NCBI GenBank assembly: GCA_964373795.1
Contig: CAYJVY010000016.1
Coordinates: 1 to 16,705, forward strand
Direction of reading: 5' to 3'
Source of the DNA: an uncultured archaeon
GTDB taxonomy: Archaea; Iainarchaeota; Iainarchaeia; Iainarchaeales; DATDZZ01
DNA: 16,705 bases
Positions 1-8,800 of the stretch are shown piece after piece. Both the position numbers and the translations under genes were made by a program. The notes under the pieces were generated by a model. That model searched no databases and was not told where the DNA came from. It saw only the letters and a program-made list of their open reading frames with translations. Positions within the stretch are counted from its first letter, which is position 1; each line of letters opens with the position of its first letter.

Positions 1-44
1 CAAAGAAATAAACTCTTGGAAATTGTAAATGAATTGGTGTTTGA

Positions 45-647
45 ATGAAGATTAAAATGATTTTTTTTGATTTTGATGGAGTGCTTGCATTTGGTGGTTT
101 TAGCAAGTTTTTGCCAAAGATGGCAAAAAAAACTGGCAGGCCTGTGAAAGAGTTGGATGAATTAATTTATAGAAACATTTTTCCAGAGCTAACTGCTGGC
201 AGAATTTCGGATGCAGATTATTGGAATAAAGTAATTCAATTACTTGGCTTGGAAAAAAAGTACAAGAACTGGAGAGAAATTGATAAAGAGTTTTTTTCAA
301 CTTTTACTTTGAATAAAAAATTGGTTGCTTTTGCTAAAAAGTTAAAATTGAAGAGAGTGATTTTGTCTAACTCGAATAAGAGATGGTTTAGAATTAGGTT
401 AAAGCTTTTGCATTTGACTGGATTGTTTAAAGGAATTCTTAGTTCAGAGATTGGCATAAATAAAAACGAGCAAGGATTTTTTGAAACAATCTTGCCAAAA
501 TTGAAACTCAAACCGCAAGAATGTGTTTTAATTGATGACTTGGAAAGGAACTTAGTTCCGGGAAGAGAGCTGGGAATTCATACAATTTTATTTAAGAACA
601 ACAAGCAAGCAATAAAAGATTTGAAAAAGGTTTTGCAGGAAAAATAA
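45..647 (+). CDS. HAD-superfamily hydrolase (phosphatase-like, subfamily IA type)
   Basis: 200-aa ORF. HAD motif I FFDFDGVL lies near the N-terminus, with motif II VILSNS and motif IV LIDDLERN. A GGTG Shine-Dalgarno-like element at 36-39 sits 5 nt before the ATG, suggesting co-transcription with a gene upstream of the window. Confidence 0.8.
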   Translation: MKIKMIFFDFDGVLAFGGFSKFLPKMAKKTGRPVKELDELIYRNIFPELTAGRISDADYWNKVIQLLGLEKKYKNWREIDKEFFSTFTLNKKLVAFAKKLKLKRVILSNSNKRWFRIRLKLLHLTGLFKGILSSEIGINKNEQGFFETILPKLKLKPQECVLIDDLERNLVPGRELGIHTILFKNNKQAIKDLKKVLQEK

Positions 648-664
648 ATTAATGAAGTGAATTT

Positions 665-1627
665 ATGCCTAAAAAAATTAATGAAGCAGAGTTTGTTGCA
701 CATTTTTTAGAATTAGGAATGGATGACGTTGCAAGAGCTGGAGGAAAAGGCGCTCAACTAGGAGAAATGTTTAATGCTGGATTGCCTGTTCCGCCAGGAT
801 TTGTGGTTTTAACTGCAAGCTTTGACATGTTCATGCATGACAATAATTTGGATTCAAAAATCTATAAATTAATTGAAAAGGTAAACGAAAAAGACACTCA
901 TGAATTGGAAAGAGTTTCAAAAGAAATAAAGGAAATGATTTTGGCAGCAAAAATTCCTTCATCTGTAGAAAAATCAGTTCACGATGAATTTAAGAAATTA
1001 AAAGCAGAGTTTGTTGCAGTTCGCTCTAGCGCAACAGCTGAAGATGCTTCAACTGCTTCTTGGGCAGGAGAATTAGATACTTTTACAAATATTACTTTTG
1101 ATTCATTAGTGCATTCAGTTAGAAAATGTTGGGCTTCATTGTTTAGTCCTAGAGCAATTTTTTATAGAATTGAAAAAAACTTAAGACATGAAGAAGTTTC
1201 AGTTGGAGTTGTTGTACAGAAAATGATTCAATCAGAGATAGCAGGAGTTGCTTTCACTGTTCATCCAGTAACAAAAGATTTTGGAAAAATAGTAATTGAA
1301 GGAGCTTGGGGTTTAGGTGAAAGCGTTGTATCTGGATCTGTAACGCCAGACAATTATATTGTGGATAAAAATGGATGGTTTATTGATTCAATTGAAGTGG
1401 CATCTCAAGAACACATGTTGACAAAAGTTGAAGGCAAGACTACAAAAATTCAAGTTCCAGAACATAAAAAAGAAATGCAAAAGCTTTCAGGACAACAAAT
1501 AATTGAGTTAGCAAAAATGTGTAAAAAAATTGAAGAATACTATAAGCATCCTCAAGACATTGAATGGGCTTTAGAAGCAAACAAACTCTATTTATTGCAA
1601 ACAAGGCCAATAACTACTTTAAAATAA
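665..1627 (+). CDS. Stand-alone PEP/pyruvate-binding ATP-grasp domain protein (N-terminal domain of PEP synthase / pyruvate phosphate dikinase family)
   Basis: 320-aa ORF with family motifs GGKGAQLGEM, VAVRSSATAED, VVVQKMIQSE, AGVAFTVHP, GAWGLGESVVSG, DIEWA and a C-terminal LLQTRPITT, which marks the end of the ATP-grasp domain. There is no phosphohistidine swivel domain or TIM-barrel domain downstream. An AGTGA SD-like element at 656-660 sits 4 nt before the ATG. Confidence 0.8.
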   Translation: MPKKINEAEFVAHFLELGMDDVARAGGKGAQLGEMFNAGLPVPPGFVVLTASFDMFMHDNNLDSKIYKLIEKVNEKDTHELERVSKEIKEMILAAKIPSSVEKSVHDEFKKLKAEFVAVRSSATAEDASTASWAGELDTFTNITFDSLVHSVRKCWASLFSPRAIFYRIEKNLRHEEVSVGVVVQKMIQSEIAGVAFTVHPVTKDFGKIVIEGAWGLGESVVSGSVTPDNYIVDKNGWFIDSIEVASQEHMLTKVEGKTTKIQVPEHKKEMQKLSGQQIIELAKMCKKIEEYYKHPQDIEWALEANKLYLLQTRPITTLK

Positions 1628-1706
1628 TTTTCAATTTAAATGCACATCTAAATTCCAGGAGTTTGAATTAGGCCTAATTTAGCCCTAATTTTTGTTTACT
1701 GATTTC

Positions 1707-1757
1707 TTGGTAATTGATTACCAATGGTTTATAAACAGTTTGGTATTTAATTACCAA
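1707..1757 (+). promoter_or_regulatory. Promoter with twin palindromic operator-like sites flanking a TATA box
   Basis: TTGGTAATTGATTACCAA (1707-1724) has perfect 8-bp arms. TTGGTATTTAATTACCAA (1740-1757) has the same right arm and one mismatch in the left arm. Centres are 33 bp apart. TTTATAAA (1728-1735) lies between them, about 27 nt upstream of ATG 1762, which implies a leaderless mRNA. Confidence 0.55.
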
Positions 1758-1761
1758 TACT

Positions 1762-3126
1762 ATGGTTTTTGAAGAAGCTCTTAGAAGGCAAAATCCTTGG
1801 TGGATAGATTCAAAGGAGATTGGGAGTGATTTTAAGGTTTCTTTTGCTTTAAATCAAAAGCATAAAGTCTTGTATTCCTTTGATGTAGAGACTCATAGGA
1901 TTTTTTTTGGCCCCAGACAAGTTGGTAAAACAACTTTTTTGAAATTATTAATTTATGACTTAATTAAGAATAAATCCATAGATCCTCGAAATATTTTTTA
2001 TTTTTCTTGTGAGCCTTTGAATACTAAAAATGATTTGATTGCTTTATTTGAAGAAATTGATTCATTTGCTATTGGTGGAAAAAAGTTTCTTTTTTTGGAT
2101 GAAGTTTCAATGATTAGTGATTGGGAGTTAGCTGTTAAGTATTTTCTTGACTCTACTTTGGCAAGAAATAAAATTTTGTATTTAACTGGTAGTTCTGCAA
2201 TTTTTTTAAAAAAAGGTTTTGAGAGGCTTCCTGGCAGAAATATTGAGTTTGAGTTGTTTTTGCCTTTAAGTTTTAGAGAATTTTTATTGCATTTTTCTTC
2301 TTCAAAGTTGAAGGGACAACTCATTCGTGCAAAGATTTCTCTAAGTGATTTAGCTAAACTGGATAACATTAAAAAAAATTGCCAAAAACTGTTGCCATTT
2401 GTTAGCGAATTAAATACCTTTTTTCAAACTTATCTTTCAACAGGCGGTTTTCTTAAACCTATTTACGAGTTTTTTGAAAAAAAAGAAATATCTGAAGAAA
2501 CTTTTAACGCATATATTAACTGGGTTTTAGGAGACTTAAGCAGGTTTGACAAGAATGAGCACTTTTTTAAGCAAATTATTAGTAGTGTGATAAAGAATTA
2601 CTCTTCTAAGTATTCTTCCAATTCTGTTGCTAATCAGACAAATATTGGTTCGCATAAGACTGTAAATTCTTACTTGGATTTCATGCAGTCATTAATCCTT
2701 GTTAACAATTTATACCAAGTAGATATTTCCAAAAAAAAGCCAATTTTTAGAAAAGAAAAAAAAACATATTTCGTTGACTCTTTTCTTTTTAGTATTTTTA
2801 TGAACTATTCTCAAGGTTTTATTGAAAAACAAGACTCAAAAATTGTTGAAGGAATTTTGTGTGAGGCTTTCACAAGACTTAATAGAGTTAATCTTGAAAA
2901 CAGTCATTTTTTATGGTTTTTTGTCGGAAAAAAGGAAACAGATTTTGTTTTAAAGGTTGGACAAGAATTAGTTGGCATTGAATTAAAATATCAAGAAACT
3001 GTCTCTGAAAGAGATTTTAATAATGCAAGAACTTTTAAAAAACATTTTATTTTATCCAAAAAAGCTTTTGATTCAAATCAAAACATTTTTCCTGTAAGCG
3101 TTTTTTTGGCACTATTAGAGAAATGA
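1762..3126 (+). CDS. AAA+ ATPase of the AAA_14/DUF4143 type (COG1373-like) with a C-terminal nuclease-like motif
   Basis: 454-aa ORF. N-terminal NPWW motif, Walker A GPRQVGKTT and Walker B FLFLDEV. The C-terminal ETDFVL...GIELKYQ resembles a PD-(D/E)xK-type D...ExK motif, as seen in this family. Confidence 0.8.
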   Translation: MVFEEALRRQNPWWIDSKEIGSDFKVSFALNQKHKVLYSFDVETHRIFFGPRQVGKTTFLKLLIYDLIKNKSIDPRNIFYFSCEPLNTKNDLIALFEEIDSFAIGGKKFLFLDEVSMISDWELAVKYFLDSTLARNKILYLTGSSAIFLKKGFERLPGRNIEFELFLPLSFREFLLHFSSSKLKGQLIRAKISLSDLAKLDNIKKNCQKLLPFVSELNTFFQTYLSTGGFLKPIYEFFEKKEISEETFNAYINWVLGDLSRFDKNEHFFKQIISSVIKNYSSKYSSNSVANQTNIGSHKTVNSYLDFMQSLILVNNLYQVDISKKKPIFRKEKKTYFVDSFLFSIFMNYSQGFIEKQDSKIVEGILCEAFTRLNRVNLENSHFLWFFVGKKETDFVLKVGQELVGIELKYQETVSERDFNNARTFKKHFILSKKAFDSNQNIFPVSVFLALLEK

Positions 3127-3261
3127 ATAACAATTATTTAGAAACAATTCGAACAGAACAGGCAATGATTATACTTTCTAAGACTAGAAAAATACTTAAA
3201 GAAATTGAAGAAGAATTTTAGAGGGGTAAAGAATTAAATAGTTGCTTTGAGTGAATTAATT

Positions 3262-3885
3262 ATGGTTTTCATTGATTTAGAGCTTAGGAAAACTTTTTAT
3301 CCTTCAATAGGACATATAGCTTTCACTATTTTGTGTTTCATTGCATTTGTTGGATTTAATTTAATTGAAGCAAACGATTCTTTTCAATTGCTTACTGGAG
3401 TAGTTTTTGCTTATTTTACTGCAAGCATGATAATTTATGTTTACAGGCAAGTTAGAAAAAAGCATTTAGGAAGAGTTATTGCTTTTGATGCAGGAGGAGT
3501 TTATTTTACTGGAGATTATTTCACTGAAAAACTTAGTCCAAGAAAAGGATTTAATGAATTACTTAAAAAATTAAAAGAATCTCATGTAGTTGTAATGCTT
3601 ACAAATCAAAACATTGAAGTAAGCCAGTTTTTGACAAACAAGTTTGGATTAGATTTAATTTTTGATGAAGTAATTTCTTCAGGAGACTTGAAAGCAAAAA
3701 AACCCGACCCAACTATTTACAAAGAATTAATGAAAAAATTTAATGTAAAACCTTTAAAAACTATTTTTGTTGACGACGATAAAGCCAATGTAGATGCTGC
3801 TTCTGGATTAGGAATTAAAGCAATTCAATTCAAATCCTTAGATCAATTAAAAGAAGACTTGAAAAAACTAGGCGTGAAAGCCTAG
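3262..3885 (+). CDS. Membrane-anchored HAD-like hydrolase with atypical motif I
   Basis: The ORF track starts at TTG 3247. ATG 3262 is preferred because GAGTGA (3249-3254) lies 7 nt upstream. Two N-terminal hydrophobic helices (IGHIAFTILCFIAFVGFNLI, LLTGVVFAYFTASMIIYVY) precede a HAD core. The core has motif I AFDAGGVYF (DxG instead of DxD), motif II MLTNQ, motif III KAKKPDP and motif IV FVDDD. Confidence 0.7.
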   Translation: MVFIDLELRKTFYPSIGHIAFTILCFIAFVGFNLIEANDSFQLLTGVVFAYFTASMIIYVYRQVRKKHLGRVIAFDAGGVYFTGDYFTEKLSPRKGFNELLKKLKESHVVVMLTNQNIEVSQFLTNKFGLDLIFDEVISSGDLKAKKPDPTIYKELMKKFNVKPLKTIFVDDDKANVDAASGLGIKAIQFKSLDQLKEDLKKLGVKA

Positions 3886-3927
3886 TGCTTTGAGGTATTT
3901 ATTCTGTAGATGCTTTTCTAATGAATC

Positions 3928-3938
3928 TTTTTAAAATA
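3928..3938 (+). promoter_or_regulatory. TATA box for the glycosyltransferase gene
   Basis: TTTTTAAAATA is centred about 27 nt upstream of ATG 3962, the same geometry seen at several other first genes in this window. Confidence 0.4.
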
Positions 3939-3961
3939 CTTTGGATTTAAAAATATTTTTT

Positions 3962-4654
3962 ATGAAATCGTTTTCAATAGTTGTTCCAACATTGAATGAA
4001 GAAAAATTTATTGAGAAATGCTTGCTTTCCTTGTCAGATCAAACAATCCCAAGGAAAGGTTATGAAATAATTGTTTCAGATAGTAGTAGTACTGATAACA
4101 CTGTTGAAATTGCTGAAAGCCTTGCAGATAAAGTAGTTATTTGCAAAAAACATAGTGCAGGTTTTGGAAGAAATTTCGGCGCAAGAAATGCAAAAACTAA
4201 TTTAATTGGATTTATTGATGCAGACACAATTGCTTGCCATGAATGGATTGAAGCAGCAATTAATTCTTTGAAAAAAAATATTTCAGTTACTGGTTCAGTT
4301 GAATCACTTGAAAAAGATTCAATTACTTTATCATTGTTTTATTCTTGGTGGAGTATTCAATCTCATTTAAGTGTTTTAATTAATTACCCTGTTTTTCCAG
4401 GTTTTAATATTGCTGTTCAAAAAAAAGCTTTTGAGAAAATAAATGGTTTTAGTGAAAGAGATTTTACTTGCGAGGATTTAGATTTTTCTTTAAGGTTAAG
4501 TAAAATTGGAAAAATAGGTTTTTCAGAAAAAATGCGTGTTAAAACTTCTAATAGAAGGCTAAAAGAAAAAGGCATTGTAAAATATATTTTTAATGCTTGG
4601 AATTTTTTGTTATTTAATAGAAGTAATACTTGGCAAATGCATAGACAACAATAA
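3962..4654 (+). CDS. Family 2 glycosyltransferase (GT-A fold)
   Basis: The ORF track starts at TTG 3941. ATG 3962 gives the typical GT2 N-terminus MKSFSIVVPTLNEE. Also present are IVSDSSSTDNT and the DxD-type motif FIDADT. Confidence 0.8.
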   Translation: MKSFSIVVPTLNEEKFIEKCLLSLSDQTIPRKGYEIIVSDSSSTDNTVEIAESLADKVVICKKHSAGFGRNFGARNAKTNLIGFIDADTIACHEWIEAAINSLKKNISVTGSVESLEKDSITLSLFYSWWSIQSHLSVLINYPVFPGFNIAVQKKAFEKINGFSERDFTCEDLDFSLRLSKIGKIGFSEKMRVKTSNRRLKEKGIVKYIFNAWNFLLFNRSNTWQMHRQQ

Positions 4655-4717
4655 GCATTTTTTATCTTTAGTTTTTGGAGTGCTTTTTTTGCATGCATTA
4701 TTATTTCAAATATAGGT

Positions 4718-5806
4718 TTATGGCAAGAAATCGTTTGATTTAATTTTTTCAGGCAAGTATTTTTCTGTTATAAATCGAATTCCTTTTTTTGTTAATGCTT
4801 CTAGTTCTAGTTTTATTGCTTTGGCTTTCATGTTTTCAAATTCGTCTTGCCATTCTTTTTTCTTAAACCATTCATATTTTTTCATTTCGTTTAATCTTTT
4901 TTCATCTAATTTGTTTAACTTAATTGTTACTTCTTTTGGAATTTTAAATGTTTCAACATCTTTTGTTGTTAAACCAATATATTTTGCTTTTGGAGTTGCA
5001 AGTTTTTCTTCAGAGTATGAAAGAGAAATTGAGCCTTGTTTTATTACTGAATAAATATACATTCCCCATGGATCTGCATCCATTAAGCAATAAATTGGTA
5101 AATCAAATTCTTTATTTAATCTTTGAGCTAGTCTTCTTTCAGCTCTTGAAGGCTGGCCTCTCCCAGTTAAAATAATGCATTTGTTTTTCTTCCAAAAGGC
5201 ATCTTCATTGAATCTTTTCCATACAGCATCTTTTTCAATGAATAAAACGTATTCGGCATCTATGTCCTTGAATTCAATTTTTTCAGGTTCTACATTTGAT
5301 GGAACTCCCCACCCTCCTGACCCCATTTTGTTTAAATCAATTGTGTCTTTACCGTCTTTTACTTTCATGTTTCCAACAATTACTCCTTTAGATGAAGCAG
5401 CTAAATGCAATTCTTCTCTTAACAAGTCAAGTGATGCTTCAATGTCTTCAATTAGGGGATCTGATTCCTCTTGTGATTCAAAACTGTTCTCTTGAGTTCC
5501 AGGAATTGTGTGTTTTAATGCATAATATAAATCACGAATTGAAACAGTTGCTTCTTCTGCTATTACTTTTTTTATTTCAGAGGTAACTAAAACTGTTTGC
5601 ATGAATTTTCTTGCATGCATTACATTCAAGAATTGTCTTTCAGATGTTTTGTCTCCTAATTTAATTGTTTGACTTTTTTGATCAAAGAAAACATTTCCAA
5701 GAGTTCTTACTGGAAGCTTAATTGAAGGCTCGTCTTTTTTTTCAATTTGTTTTACTACGGTTTCCCCAATTGATTCAAGTCTTTTTATTACTTCTTTGTC
5801 ATTCAT
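4718..5806 (-). CDS. top6A: DNA topoisomerase VI subunit A (Spo11 family)
   Basis: 362-aa ORF. The catalytic-tyrosine region is IRDLYYALK. Toprim motifs are FIEKDAVW (Glu) and LMDADPWG (DxD). The ATG overlaps the top6B stop (ATGA, 5803-5806), and a GGTGA SD lies 6 nt upstream. Confidence 0.93.
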   Translation of the reverse strand: MNDKEVIKRLESIGETVVKQIEKKDEPSIKLPVRTLGNVFFDQKSQTIKLGDKTSERQFLNVMHARKFMQTVLVTSEIKKVIAEEATVSIRDLYYALKHTIPGTQENSFESQEESDPLIEDIEASLDLLREELHLAASSKGVIVGNMKVKDGKDTIDLNKMGSGGWGVPSNVEPEKIEFKDIDAEYVLFIEKDAVWKRFNEDAFWKKNKCIILTGRGQPSRAERRLAQRLNKEFDLPIYCLMDADPWGMYIYSVIKQGSISLSYSEEKLATPKAKYIGLTTKDVETFKIPKEVTIKLNKLDEKRLNEMKKYEWFKKKEWQDEFENMKAKAIKLELEALTKKGIRFITEKYLPEKIKSNDFLP

Positions 5807-8800
5807 TCAAACTCACCTTCTTCTTTTACTTTTTCTTCTTTTATTACTTCTTCTTTTTCTTCAAGTTTTCCTTCTTTTTTAAGTTTTTCCTCAAGCTTTA
5901 ATTTTTTTGAAACAATGTCTACTAATTTTTTTTCAATGCTTTCACGTTTTTCTTTTGTTAACTCTGATAAACCAATTGCTATTTCTTGAGCGTATTTCAT
6001 GAAAAGTTTTTTCTTTTCTTGTTTTTCTTGTTCTCTTCTGGATTCAGATATGTGTTTCCAAATTCTTCTTCCTGCATCCATTATTCCTAGTCTTATTTCT
6101 TCTATTACTTCTTGTTCTTCAGAGATTGCTTGTTTTCCTGCTGAAGTGTAAGGAATGTGAACAGAAATTACATTCACTAATACTGTTAATGGCACGTTAT
6201 CTAAGTCTTTTACTCCGTATCTTTTCCAGTCAACTGATTCAACTGCTTTTGTTGTAGCGCATCCTCCTGCATCAAATAACAACGGAACTTTATTTGCAAA
6301 CCTCATTAACTCGATTTTTTTTTGCTCCCCTGTTTCTTCAGAGGTTCCTTGAAATACTTTTCCTGCATTTCCACCAAAAGCTATTCCTATTTCTACTTGG
6401 AATGGAAATCCTCCTTGATAAACTGTCGGTTTTCTAGTTATAACTGAAATGAATTCTGGTTGAACTATTGCTTTCATTGATTTTTCAATTCTTTCCTCTC
6501 CTATTGGCCTTAAAGCATCTAGTCTTGGAGCAATGAATTCAATTTTTTTGAATTGTTTTATTATTTCTTCTGCTTCTTCCCAAGTTAATTTTTTTGGATC
6601 CTTGTTTAAATCAAATGAAACTCCTTTAGATATTTCTTCAATTGCTTTGTCCCCCATTCTATCAAAAGAGTTTTTTAAAAAACTTGAAATCTTTCTTCCA
6701 TCAGTGTGTTTTGCTAGAGTACTTAATTCGTCTACTGTTACTCCTTTTGGATGAGGCTGAATTGCAATTGGTTTTAATGGAATTGTTTTAGATGTTCTGT
6801 GAAAGATTGTTGTTTCTCCTAAGGGATCAGAGAATTTGACTTGAACATGTGGATTAGCAATAACTGTTCTCCTCAAATATTCTAAAGGAGATTGATCGTT
6901 GTTAATGTATTTTACTCCCTTGAATTGAGCTTTAATTGCTAGTCCTTTAAATTTTTTATCTAAATCTCTTAAATTAATTATTTTTGGTTGATTTGTTTTC
7001 GCATCAACTGCTACTTCGCATGCAAAAACTTCTTTAGCTGTTCCAGAAATTACTTGAACTGTTTTACCTGTAGTCATTTGAGAAAGCATTGTACAACCAG
7101 CTGCTCCAATTCCTTGTTGGCCTCTTTGTTGAATTAGTCTATGAAATTTTGTTCCAGCAAGTAACTGTCCCAATGCTTTTCCAACTGTTTGCTTTGTTAA
7201 TCCAGGACCATTATCTGTAACTGTTATTTCTAAATGGTCTTCAGCTATTTGAGCAATTTTAACTTCAATATCAGGCAAAATATGTGATTCCTCACAAGCA
7301 TCAACTGAGTTGTGTAAACAAATTGCTCCAAATCCACCTACGAAATTCTCATCTTTTTCAATTGAGTAATCATAAACGTATTCGTTTTCTTTTGGAATTC
7401 TTTCTTCAATTTCTGTTATTGGCAGAATTCCTAAATCTCCTGCAATAAATCTTGCTGCGCTTTCTGTTATTTGTGCTTCATTTATTTTTAGAGAAGCAAT
7501 TTTTTCATAGCTTACAATTTTTTGGTTTCTTTGACTTATTGCCCATTTTAATTTTGGTTCAATTATTGTTGTCATGTCTCCTATTTCCATTGGATAGAAA
7601 TTTAGTGGCGAGTTTTTTTGTTCTGTATAGAACTCTATTTTGTAGTTTTGGCCAAATCTTGCAAGCTTGTCTTTAACAAGTCTTTGTTCTGCTTTTTTTT
7701 GGCTAAAACTATATGAATAACCCAATCCTGAAAGAAGATATTGTAATTGTGTTGAAAGTTTTTTGCTTGCAGTAACTAAAGTAATTTTTTCCTTGAGCGA
7801 AAAATTTGATTTCTTGATACATTCAAAAATTTTTCCTGACGGAAAACCATCTCCAACAGCGTATGCAATCAAGAATTCTTTGGCTTTTTCTTTTCCTGAA
7901 CTAAAAACCAGTGTGGGAATTGATTTTGTTTTAGCATTTTCTCCACACTTTAACACTTTTTTTAGCATTATTGAAATTGTTTTACTGTTAATTTTGACAT
8001 TCACAGCTGTAGCATGGGCTTTCTTTATAAGCGGCCTTATATTGAAAACCTTTTCGAACAAGTCTGCAGTATATTCAATTAATTCTTTTTCATGCGCCTC
8101 AAACGAAAAGTTTACTTCTACATTGTTTTTTCTTGTAGAACCTTCTGCTACAAACAATCCAAGTATTTGCATCAATTCTTTTGTTATTGGCATTAAAGGT
8201 TTGAGTTTGTACTTTGAATGTCTTTCCCCTATTTCACAGTTATAAAAAATCTTTTTTTCTTTTTCGTTCAATATTTTTAAAAGCCTTAAAGGCAGTCTAT
8301 CACATTTCATGTACTTGTTGTAAACCCCATAATGTTGTTCTTTTTTTGTTAGAAGCGATTTTATTTTGTTTTTCAGCTCCTTGTCAGAGTATAATATTTT
8401 TTTTACCCCGAAAACACTGAACTCTTTTAACTCTTTGTCATCAAGTTTTAGGAATTCTTCCAATAAATTTATTTCATTTATTGTTTCCTGTATCCATGGC
8501 TTTCGTGGAACAACTAAATAATCTCCAATCCTTAAATTTTCAGCTTTAACTTCTTCTATTACTCCCTTCCTTAAAGTAAATAATCCATGATGCTTTGTTG
8601 CTTCTACAAACCTGTTTCCAAGAGTTTTTATTTTGAATATTCTTTCACCATTTTCCATTTTGTGTCTATGCAATGACTTAACTTCTTTGAAAACAAGTTT
8701 TTGTGTCTCTTTGTCAAAGCAAAGCACTTCAAATTTTGGAAACTCTCTTAATGATTGCAATTCTTTTTCTTTATTTTCATTGAAACCATGCAAAGACATT

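Noticed and set aside
1762-3126. AAA+ ATPase with a nuclease-like C-terminus as a defence or toxin system
   Set aside because: This COG1373-type architecture is a common single-gene family in archaea. Its neighbours are housekeeping-type HAD and GT2 genes. No partner genes (methylase, nuclease, antitoxin, integrase) or flanking repeats indicate an island, so a defence call would be unsupported.
3165-3221. 18-codon mini-ORF (MIILSKTRKILKEIEEEF) in the gap between the ATPase and the membrane HAD gene
   Set aside because: It is too short to support from sequence alone, and I saw no obvious SD or TATA at the right distance. It is noted only as a possible small peptide or leader.
4655-4717. Terminator between the convergent GT2 and top6A genes
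   Set aside because: T-runs (T6 at 4658-4663, T7 at 4684-4690) follow the GT2 stop and may act as archaeal oligo-T terminators. There is no supporting hairpin and no clear signal for the minus-strand gene, so this is too weak to list as a feature.
7763-8245. 160-aa plus-strand ORF antisense to top6B, along with similar ones at 6533-6754, 7452-7676, 8214-8420, 8633-9127 and 8755-8937
   Set aside because: All are antisense to a strongly supported coding region (top6B and its intein). Their Phe/Leu/Ser-rich low-complexity sequence is typical of the reverse complement of K/E-rich AT-rich genes.
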